A DNA stretch of 64,000 nt from assembly GCA_000708835.1 (NCBI GenBank), contig DF237054.1:124001-188000 (forward strand). The letters are read 5' to 3'. A model generated the notes under the pieces. It had not been told where the DNA came from. It saw nothing but the letters and a program-made list of their open reading frames with translations, and did not search any database. The stretch comes from Klebsormidium nitens (Eukaryota; Plantae; Klebsormidiophyceae). Position 1 is the stretch's first letter, and every line of letters begins with the position of its first letter. Shown piece by piece: positions 42,601-53,400 of the stretch. Position numbers and translations under genes: made by a program.

Positions 42601-45600
42601 TTACCTTGGTGAAGCTTTTTCCACTGAGCCAGAGACACGCCTGCCGCTCCACACCGGCGACCCAAAGTCGCGTATGTCGCCTCCCGAGCTCAGCGTTATC
42701 TCAACTTGGTCGCCCTCATCCTTTCCCCCGGTTTCTTGCGCGAGCGGGCCAACAAACTCCACTTCCCCGGGCGCCCTTGCCTCCAACTCCGAGGACAGTG
42801 CCGAATCCCAAGCCGCCACGTGTCCGGTTGCTCGCCCGGCGCTCCTCGCAGGCGCATCCAACGAGTCCATGTGGATGAGCTTCCCGCTCGACAGCAGCCG
42901 GTTGCCTCCCCCCGACAAAACGAAGCCCAGCTGCCCGTTCACCAAATCGTGGAAGTTGGGGGATCCCTCTGCGGCCGGGGGGGTGGAACCTAGACTGGGG
43001 GAGCTCTGGGCGCTGTCAATGCCCAGCGCCTCCAGAAGGGCCCGTGCCCCGGGCTCATCTACTGGAGAGTCCTGTCCTTTGTAACCGGAACCGGTATTCC
43101 CAGTAAAAGTTGGAGGTTGCGAATCCGCTGGTGATCCATCCTGGGGAATGGCGTCACTCAAGTTAAGCCCAATCGCTAAGGGACTCAAACCGCTCCCCAT
43201 CGAGCTGGCGCTCCTCTCTCCTTTCCCGGGGGGTACACCAGTCGCCGTAACAGGCCCAACCTTCTCCGTTTCCACACCCCCCGAGAAGCTCTTCCCGGCA
43301 CCGGCCAGCTTCTCGGTCATAAGGACAGCTTCCCTCAACTGGGCCTCCTTCTCGTAGAGAGACCGCTTCAGCCCCAGAACTCTCTCTTCCAGTTCGCCCG
43401 CCCGAATGCTGGCCTTCCGCCATCCGGCTTCCATCCTCTCCGCGTCCGCCTGCGCGAGCTCGCACGCGCGCTCTAGCTCCTCCACGCGTGCCTCCACTTC
43501 CGTCCGCTGGAGCTCCGCTCTCATTGCGCTCTCGTTCCGCCCCGCCTTCGCCTGGGTTTGCTCCAACTCGTGCAACGCCGCCTGCATTTGCACGTCTACA
43601 GTCTCCAGCGCTTCTTTCAGGCGCTCATTTTCTGACAGGAGCCCCTCCATTTCGCTGTCAAACCGCTGCTTTTGCTCCTCAAGCCCCGCATATAGAGTGG
43701 CCTTTTCGAGCTCAAGTCCGTCTACCTGCTCTGCAAAAGTTGCCCTTTCTGCCTCGAGGTCTGCCCTCAGCCGCTCCTCTCCAAACAGAAGAACCTCCGT
43801 CTCGCCCACGAAGCGCGCTCTCTCCTCTTCAACTATCTTCTGCAAAGCCTCAATTTCGCCGGCAGACTTCGCTCTTTCTTCCGCAATACTATTCAGCAAC
43901 GCCTCCTTCTCGACAGACAAACCTTCCAACTCAGCCACACAACGCGCAATTTTCTCTTGCAGCCGCGCATTCTCGAGCTTTGTCTCCGCGAGTTCGCTCT
44001 CAAACCACGCTGTGTCCCTGTCATTGGAATCCCTCAGCCGTTCGTTCTCGAGCGACACCCGCCTCACCTCCTCTCCCAACCGCTCGCTTTCCCCTTCCAA
44101 AGACCTTCTCAGACGCTCTTCTTCGACTTGCAGAGTCTCCATCTTATCCGCAAACCGCTCCCTCTCTTCCTCAACCGCGTCTACCAGCCGGTCTTTGTCA
44201 CTCGTCAGGTTGTCCAACTTCGCCAACAGTGCCGCGTTCTCTCCTTCCAGAAGCGCCGCACGTTCTTCCGCCGCGTCACGGGCCGTCAGAAGCTCCCGCT
44301 CGGTGCGCGCTTCAGCCTCCTCGTCACGTGCCACATGCAAGGCTCCCTGGCCGGGGAGTGCGCCTTGCGCCTCAGCAATGTCGTCTTGGCTCTTCTCTGC
44401 AACTCCATCTTCAGCCAACACTTTCGATCCCGCTCGGTCCGCTGCCGCCCCCTCTAAAATGCCAATCGCATACTTCTCTTCCTCAGCAAGCGAGCCTGCC
44501 AATCTACCTCCTTCTTCCGCCACCACTCTATTTCCCCTCACCTCTTCCTCCTGCCTGTCTGGCCCCGAATTTGCTCCATCACCGAAACCCTTTGCCCCTC
44601 GGCCTCCATTCCCCTGTGCCGCAATCGTACCGTCAGCCTGAGCAACGCCAGCTGGCATTCCGCATCCAGTTCCGGCTACCAAGAGCTGCTCCTGCATCGC
44701 CAAAATGAGGCCCTCCTGCTGCGCGCACGTCCGCTCCACCTCCGCAAACCGCTGCTCCGCCGCGCGCGCCGCGATCTCCAGCTCCGCCGCAATCTGCTCA
44801 AAGTCACGTGCCACCCGCTCCGCCGCCACCTCAGCATCTCTCGCCGCCACCTCAGCATCTCTCGCCGCCACCTCAGCATCCCTCGCTGCCACCTCAGCAT
44901 CCCTTGCCGTGGCAAGCTCTGCTTTCAGCGCCTCAGCGCTGTCGTTACTCTTCGCAGCAGTGGCGCGGAGGGTTTTCAGCTCTGCTAACAGGCCCGCAAT
45001 ACGCTCATCTCTTTTTGCAAGATCTAGGGCGAGCGCCGCAACTTGGCCCTCTGCCAAACCAAGGTCCGCAGATTGCGATGCAGCGTCCGCCTCCGATCGG
45101 AAGAACTCATTTGCAGTCAGAGCTAGCTTCGTTTGGAGTGCAAGCGCGTGCTCTTCTGCTGCCGCTAGGTCAGCTTTGACTCCTGCCACGTTGTCCACTT
45201 CTCCTCTGAGCGCCGCAATGTTCCCATCCTTCTCAGCGACTTCCTCTTCGAGATGCAAAAGCTGCTCCGCCCCAGCCGCAAGTTCCACTTGCATGCGCTC
45301 GGTGCCCTCCGAGAGCACATCAATTTGCGCCTGTAGATCTGCAATCTGTGCCTGGAGGTCAAAGTCTTCCGCCCCCCCAGCCTGCGCCAGGCCTTTTGGC
45401 CCCCCTGGAATGCCGACCACCAGCTCATTTCCCCTTTCTTTGGCTATGCTGTCCTTTGCCAACGTGTCCAAGAGCTGCCCCACTTCAGCGAAGTAGGCGC
45501 CAAACGAGGCTTCTAGGTTGTCAACTACCGTTGCAAACTGAACTTTAGTGGCAAGCGAACCCTCTGCTATTGGGCCCCGTTTTGGTGTTTCAGCCTTTGG

Positions 45601-46636
45601 TTCTGCTGCAGACTCTGGACTCTGTCCGCTTGGACTCGGCGCAGCAACAAGAGCGTCGGTATTGGTAGGGGCCAGTGTAGTTTCTTGGCTCTCCTGATGC
45701 CACTTGGCTAAGCCCTGCCGAGCACTCTGCACTGATGTCTCGATTGCCGTCAGCTGCGCAGCCTGCTTTGACAGACTGTGACTGTCCTTGTCAGGAACCT
45801 TTGCATTTCCCTCCTCTAGCTGCCGGTTGCGCTCTTGAGCAATCTGAATGGAGAAAAGCAACAGAATGATAGCTTTAGGGATAACCCTGTGGAGATTGAT
45901 GCTGAGAAGGGACCATCAATCTTGGATCGAGATGAGCGGAGGTGCTTCTGAAAAGCTTCTTTGCCCGATTGAAGTCCGAAGGGACAATATGCACGGAATG
46001 TTTGAGGAGCACAGGGGTAAGATCATCAGGGATCTACTAAAGTGGCCATCCGCGTAGTTGGAGCTCAAATGCGTCTTTTTTGAAATGTTGCATGCATTCC
46101 CTTCCCTTTGATCAGCCCGACCGAGGTTTTTAGGGTACATCACATAAGAAAAAGGTTCTCAAATAAGACTTACCAGCAGGTCTTTCTCCCGCTCGTATAG
46201 CGCCTTTTCAAGGTAGAAGATCTCCGCCTGGCTTAGGACGAGCCGCCTTGATAGGTCTTCATACTGGAAATACAGGAGCTCATGTTTACCCATCGGTCAA
46301 TAAGTGAGAGCTTGCAGCATGATCTGCTGTTCTCACGCACCGTCCCTGCTTTGCATTGCTGCCACTGTTCACAGTGAAAAGCTTCAGACAGCTGCTCAGG
46401 AGCTTCTCCTATTGGCAAGAAGAGAAGGCCCGCATGAGAGATGATCATGGCATTGCCTACCAAAGCTCTGTTGCATTTAAGAAAGTAGGCGGCCTGCATG
46501 TATACTTATCTCCAGTGAAGAGGCAAAAGTGAAAACAAGACGTACTTACCTGCTTTAGCTCCTCTTCTCCCAGGTGTTGCGATCGCTGAAGGCGATAGCT
46601 TATGTGCCCCTCCATCAATTTAGCTGGGTCAGCCAT
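42601..46636 (-). CDS. Coiled-coil protein, 3 exons, about 1,127 aa (gene A; may be the N-terminus of gene B)
   Basis: Exons 46550-46636 (MADPAKLMEG...ELKQ, donor GTAAGT), 46174-46227 (AEIFYLEKALYEREKDLL, donor GTAAGT) and 42601-45843. It ends AAG GTAA, which can be read either as a stop or as a phase-2 donor. Confidence 0.75.
44821..44904 (+). repeat. 21-bp coding tandem repeat x4 (ARDAEVA heptad)
   Basis: CGCCGCCACCTCAGCATCTCT x2 exact, plus two copies with 1-2 mismatches. Confidence 0.95.
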
Positions 46637-47812
46637 TGTTAACAGCTCGTGTCGCTCCAGCTTTTGACAGGTTCTGTGCCTAAGTGCCAGGAATGCTGTT
46701 GCTCAAAGCTCCCAATCTGGCCTTATGACCTCTAAGCTGAATCAGCCCCATCCAGCCAAGAGCAAAAATTTTCAGATCAGTGATCGCAAAGGCTGGTGAG
46801 TGCAACCCCACCGCGCCAGCAGATTTGCTTAGCACTGGAGCTCGCAAAACCTCTTCTCCATGATTTTGGTCAGACCATCTTGCCAGATCCATTGCCGTGC
46901 TCTGAGCTGCCAGTTGCACCTGCGTTTTTGTAGTACAGCTCTGGATGAGATACATTGCCTCTACAGCCGCCGGCCATCCCGAGACTGCGCAGAAAGCCAC
47001 CTGTGCTGGCACCAGGTTGAGGTGGTTTGCGGCAGCTCGAGCCAGTGCGCTACACGCATGTCCACAACTTTAAGGACCAAGACTAGGTAGGTCACAAGGC
47101 CACCGGTACACTGAACTTTCTGTAGCAACTTCGCGGATTTTGTTGTGGGCCTTTATTAAAGGACTCTTCGTACCCCTTCTTGTAGGCTTCGAGTTCAAAA
47201 CACCTGGGTTCCTGCTTTCATTTCTGCAGCACCGCTGACATGCCGGCCGAAAAAGGTCAGCCGCTCGCGCAGCATTTCGTTCCAAAAAGTGTCAGGTCGC
47301 CACGTTGGCACCCATGCTCCAGCTTCCATGTCGTCGATCTATCTTGATCGACGGCAACTGTGCGCTTGCTGAGCTGGAGCCCAGTGGATATTTGCACAAT
47401 ACTCACGTGGGCTCACTTTTCCACCCCACGCGAAGGAGACAGGTTCCTGGTTTCACCATGGGCCAAACTTCCAGCTACACCACATTGCGCTTGCAAACCA
47501 TTTTGAACCACAGCCGCCTTGCACATTTTCCCATCTTTCTATTCGGAGAGAAAAGGTTCTTAGCGAAGTACTCTTTGCAGAGTCTGAGGGAACATGGCTC
47601 ACGCCGCTGTCGGACGGCTTGCGGTGCCTTTGGCATCGCCCGAGCTTCTGAGAGCAACAAGCAACAGGTCAGCAAGCACCAGCTGCTGTTCCGCAGCTTA
47701 TGCGCTTCCATCTTCTTCCGGGGGGGCAGCCCTGAAACGAAACAGGGCAGGACTTAGCTTTTTGGGGCAGGGGGTTGTGCGGGGTTTTGAGGCGCAAGCT
47801 GGCGGAGTTAGA

Positions 47813-49183
47813 ATGGCTCTAGCAGTGCACCATGAGGGGGACCCATCTACTGTGAATCCAACTGGTTTGCACGAGACCATGCTCGACAATGTTTCAGCAA
47901 GTGAGGTGAGAAACACTTACCTGCTGTGCGTCACAATCTGATCCTTCTGTGTGAGATTGCTAGAGTTTCTCGCCTTGCGGGCTTGACAGGGATTTAAATT
48001 GAAAGAAGTTCTAGCCTTAAAGTTAAACAGTGTCCCGTGAAGTACTAAACTTTTCGACTTTTTAAAGAACAGACTTGTTAGGAAGTTTTGAAGGCATCAC
48101 TTTATGAGCGACACTTAAGTCTCTTGAATGTAGGTCCATGATGTAATTGTTGGCATCTACCTGGCGCTTTTGCAGCCATTTGAGTTTAATCTTATCAGTA
48201 CCCACGTCATTATTTTATGATTGTGCTTTCAATGTCGGGCATTATCCAAATGACTTCCCTCAAGGGAGCACAACTGGTTTGCTAAAAGTATCCGCCCTCG
48301 AAGGTTCTTGCATCAACCACCTGCAGCAAGCCGATCAACAGTGTGTACTCAGCCTGATCAATGGAGCTTTTGTCGGCAGGTGTTTCATGATGAGGACAAG
48401 GGCATCACGTGCTACGAGACTCCCCTGGGGGAGATTGTGTGCGAGGGAATCGACGACGGTCCGCATTTTTCGTCCAAGGAGCTGCCTCAGGCCAAGAGGT
48501 ATGTCAGAGTGCAACTTGTAGTTGCTTTTACTGGATTTGGTATCGTTTTTACGAGCGAGGGCTGGCAGAGTCTGGTCTGGTTGATATTGAAGTAAACTCA
48601 TCTGCCGCTTCTTCGGTCCTTGTCAAGCGGCCGTTTTTCACACCTTTTCAGTCGCGCCTCTGTCAAGGCCGCCACTGTGTTGTTTGTATGGTGTCTGTCG
48701 CTGTTGATGCTGTGCTACGTCAAGTACTGAGGCTGGTTACGGGAAGTTCCACCATTTTCGGTGGTTCAACGCACTAATTTCGCCTTGACTGGTGGGATAC
48801 ATGGTCAAATGTTTTGCTTACTAGATAACCCTGCGCCAATGCAACCAAGGTAGATGAAAACTTGGGAATACTGCAACGCATTTTACAATCCATCTTAGTG
48901 CTTTCTATGTTCAAAGTAATTGACACAGGGGGCCTAGCCAACAAACTCACCTTGATATAGGTTAAAGACCTTTGTTGTGATAAATCCTGAAGCGCTGGAC
49001 CCCTGCGTTGTTCACAGGATGGTTGGCGCACTTCACAGCGGGCTGGACCAGGTCAAGGCCCGCGCCATGAAAGTGCGGAGGGCATTGCGCGACAACGAGC
49101 CCCTCGAAGGCGCCATGTGTGTGACAGACAGTGAGGGGCACGTCGAGTGTGACGGATTGGACGAAAGCCACGTTTGCATGTAG
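47813..49183 (+). CDS. Small protein (about 125 aa) with duplicated C-x5-G-x3-C-x-G-x-D motif
   Basis: Exons 47813-47905, 48380-48498 and 49018-49183 are phase-consistent (0, 2). Contains KGITCYETPLGEIVCEGIDDGPH and EGAMCVTDSEGHVECDGLDESH. The start codon is uncertain. Confidence 0.75.
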
Positions 49184-50419
49184 GAACAAAAAGGTTTAGC
49201 TGGGTGCTTTTGTGGGCATGCACTGTGCGGGAGACATGCATGCCGGGACCTCCGATTATCCGAAACGAGGTTGCCCAAGGCTCGGGGCTAGAAAGGGCCA
49301 GGAAGAATGTTTTCGAAGTCGCCATTGTGAACCTGGCTGCAGGAGGCCTGAGTTCAATTGTATTTGAGGATTAAGGGGAGGGTGTGGGCCCGGGGGGTAA
49401 TACACAAATGGTGACGTGTTGTTTAGGTCAGATCAAGGAGCTGCTTGTGTCCAGGGATGAGCGCCGTAAACCGGGCGCCGTGGCTTTCAAGCTTTGAGGC
49501 ATGCCCACAGTGTGTGTGTTGTGTGAGCTGAAGTCACACCAAACAAGATGACGGTTTCTCAGAGAGCCATTGTGCAAACCCGTTTATTAGCTGACGTGGA
49601 CTACAAGATTTTCAGCGGCCTGGAGGGGGGTGAGACCCAAGGCACATGAACTAGAACAAGTTTGCCGAACGATGGTGCTTCGGTTTTCCATCAAAATTAG
49701 TAGAACCTAGTAGTAACGCAGATCCGGCACAGGGACAGTCAACAAGGTAAAGGTTGAGGTGACAAGGCAGCCGCCATTAGGGGGCATCTCGCAGTAGTAA
49801 TCTCCTATGTTTGCGCTTTGCTTGCGTAGGATTGGCCACCGACGTGACTCATCACCTGTAAAATCAGCGCTTCTTGTGTCGCAAACCTTTGGGCCTGCTA
49901 GCTGTTCGTTGATCGTTGTCCGGAGCTGCGCATTCTTCCATCCATGCGGCATTCCTTGTACTGAGAGATGAGAAACTTGTTGGGGATACGTACCCGTATC
50001 TTGGCCGGAGTGCGGATCATGCATCTATACATAGCTAGGCGCTGCGTCCACACCGCATCCGTTTTATACCATACCGTGAAAGCGCCTCGAGTGGGTGACG
50101 ATTCAGTCGGATACGACACGCGCCAATTTTTGTTCTGCATGCATTCCCCAGCCTCAGAACTGAGGATGGACTAATCAATATGGACATGTCTTATATAATA
50201 ATTGACTGCACATAACCTGTACGAACACCTCAGCGAAAGGTTGAGCATCGAGAACATGATACAGCTCGACGGTGCTTGCGCAAAGCGAATGGAAATTCTG
50301 CATAATAGCAACTGCTTTTGAAGACGCCCTGAACTCAGTAATCATCTATCATGACTTCGAATCCTGTTCCCCTCGAGGCCTAAACTAAGTGGGTCACACA
50401 CAAACCCAGTTTCTTTAGT

Positions 50420-53400
50420 CTAAGCCAGGCCAGCATCTTTCAGCACGGCTTCAAAAGCGTCGTCATCGTCCCAAGGGACCTGCAGCACGACGTAGAATGA
50501 AGTCAGCAACTTTCGCAAAGGCGGACTGGCCATTGCTGTCACCTCTTGAATCTTTGATCCAAACCTCTCAAAACTTCAACACTTTAAGTTGAACTCTGGC
50601 CAATATCAAACAGTTGCGCTCTTCGCGGGCAGTTTTAGCATTACCAACAAAGGGGTCTAGAACATGGTCAAACTTTGAAAAAACTAGACTCCAAATCACA
50701 AACCGAGTTTCTCACCTCCTTGATCTCGCGTTGGAAATGCTCCTCAATCTTGTTCAGCTTCTCCGTGTCCCGGTCGCCTGCCACGAGGTTAAACGCGGCG
50801 CCTTTACGTCCGAAGCGCCCGGACCGTCCGATGCGGTGCAGGTACGTTTCGTACTCGGGCTCGTACGGCGGGTGTACGTTAACCGGGATGTCGTAGTTAA
50901 CCACCAGGGTTACGTTGGCCTGGTCGAACCCGCGCGCGAGCACGTCCGTCGAGATCAGAATCTAAGAGAGAACAACACTGGCTTCAGTGTTTAAGTGTCT
51001 ATGTCTCCATTTGCACATTAAATAAAATGTTGCAATCAACCACCAGCTTAGATTGACCTGGTCGATCAGGCGCGCGAGGACGTCCGTCGATATCAGAAAC
51101 TGTGAATGGGGAACTTTGGCGTCAGTGTGGGGTGGAGTTACGCACGTGTGTTTTTGTGCACGTTGATGAAAAGCGCCGTAGTATACTACTGCGGTTACGT
51201 CAAGCTGGTCGAGACTGCGCGCGTATAATACCGTCAAGCTGAGGACTGCGGATGGAAATGTTTGCGTCAAGGTGGTGGTGATAATGTCGAGCAAGTTTCG
51301 TCCGACATGCGTATTACTGGGTTCGCTACTTCCAACGAGAGTAAGAAAACGCTGCCTGGTGCAACCCTGCGCAACCGGATTGTTGGACGAATAATAGCAG
51401 GAAGCAAGCCTTTCTTGCGCGACTTCCTGACCCTTTGCAGGACGCCTGTCCGTCGATAACACGAAGGAACCCTACTACGTTTAGCCCACAGAGATAGATA
51501 ACGGCCGAATTTCGCCTGATCAAACCGAGCTTGAGCAACCTGAGCCTTAACCGATTATCCACCAGAGTCCAACGGAAAAAGATCGGAAGTCCCGTTCATG
51601 GCAGAAGTGACAGGACTTCGGAAGTTGGAAGTGGTGAACCGGGTGCTCACCTTCGTGGTCCCGTTTCTGAACTCCTTGATGACCCGGTCTCGATCGCTGT
51701 GCTGCATCCCGCCGTGGATTGCTGTGCACTTGTAGCCCTCACGATCCAACCTGGACGAAACCGATGGAAATATGTTTAGCTCTCCAACTCTGCTTCGGTC
51801 TCAGCAACGTTGCGGTTGAGAATCTTAACCAACGACCTCGACCAACGCATTGACTCTGAAATAAGCAAACAGCCTGCAACGTAGTGGAACGACATTCAAG
51901 CGTTCTAGCGTTGGGACTCTGATCATTTCAATAAAGTGCCTTGCACTGCAGCTGACACGCAACTGAGAAGGCTTCGAACGCTTGCACAACATTCAAAAAG
52001 GAGGCACGCCGCTCCCGTACTCTGACGAAGATACTGGCTTTTTGGACATAACATGCGTAAGAGAATCCACACTATAACGTCTTACGCAATCCCTCGACTC
52101 AACAGAGATGGAAGTAACTTCAGCTGTGGCTACAGACTATTAAGACCTTTTCACAAAACCGATACCTTTTTAAAATTCGCACCTTTCAAAAGGGGACATG
52201 CCGTCTCCTGCCTTTTGACAAAGATGATATGATCTTCCAACGTAGCGACCATAAGAGGTTCCACAGGAAATCTCAGCTGTGGCTACGGGCAATTGGGAGA
52301 TGTTACGTAATCCCGCACCTTTCAAAGAGGAGGCGCGCCGTCTCCCGCGTTTTGACGAAGATGATGGACTGGCCCAGCTTCTCGGCGGCCGGGAAGATGC
52401 GCTCCTCGAGCACCTTGATCTTGTCGCTCTCGATCATGTCCCGGTTGCGGCTGAAGGGCACCACCACCCGGTACTGCTTGATCACGTCCAGGCTCAGCTC
52501 CTCCCGGGGCACAAACACCTGCGACCCGGACGAAATTGGGTTAACGTTGACAAAGTTAACGTCCCGGTTGTGGCCAGAGGGACCACCACTTGCTATGCTA
52601 AATGACGTCCAGCCTCAGCTCCTCCCGAGCCACGGACACCTGCGACCGAGGAAATAAAATTGGTTAACGTTGACCAGCTTTTCGACTCACACGGTTTCTG
52701 AGCTTTATGAGGCAGAGTTGCTTGAGCACGTCCAGGCTCAGCTCCTCCCGGGGCACAAACACCTGCAACCGGGCAAAAAGACTCGGTTATGGTTGACCGG
52801 ATCAATAATTCGTACGGTCTTCGAGCTTGGAACGGTTACTGCCTGATCATGTCCAGGCTCCGCTCTTCCGGGCGTGATCACCTGCGACCGGAAAAGGAGA
52901 TTCCGATTTATTGTTAATCGGGTTTTCGACCAGGTTCGCCAATGGACGAAGGCCTGCGACTCAGAAAGCGACTCAGCTTATGGTTGACCAGTTTCTGAAA
53001 GTTCGGCTGTGTTCGACCTTTTGTGAGGCGAAAACGCGGCGCTGCATCAATAGTGGCTCAAAACGGAGGGTGAAGGAAGCAGGATTAGGACGATGTTCTA
53101 CTGGATATGGCTTCGAAACTCCAAGCAGTCTGCGTTCGTAGATTAAGAAGCTGATAACAGAGAATTAGACATTTGGACTCTTGAACACAAAGATTTCGCC
53201 CAGAAGCAAAGCTGCATCAGAGACGGCTCGAACTCGACCTTTTCATCATCTGAACGGGTGTGTAACTGTGGTCAAATCGAATCGGGATAGAACCTGGGGC
53301 GACTGTTTATCCAGATGAAGCACAGATCTGAGGGGCAATCCGAACAAGAATTAGCATCGGCTCTTACCAACGAGCTTAGGAGCACCAAAACCGTCCTGCT

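Noticed and set aside
46174-46227. EREKDLL resembling the CC1 box of dynein adaptors (BICD/HAP1/TRAK)
   Set aside because: Lacks the AAxxG core; the match is too short.
49707-50024. 105-aa minus-strand ORF between the small Cys gene and DBP5
   Set aside because: No motif or splice support; probably 3'-UTR or intergenic.
50962-51462. 166-aa ORF as an independent gene
   Set aside because: It lies inside a DBP5 intron and consists of degenerate copies of exon 10.
52475-52990. Regularly spaced ~120-bp repeats resembling a CRISPR-like array
   Set aside because: The repeats are copies of a spliceosomal acceptor and exon start in a eukaryotic gene. No cas genes and no uniform repeat-spacer structure.
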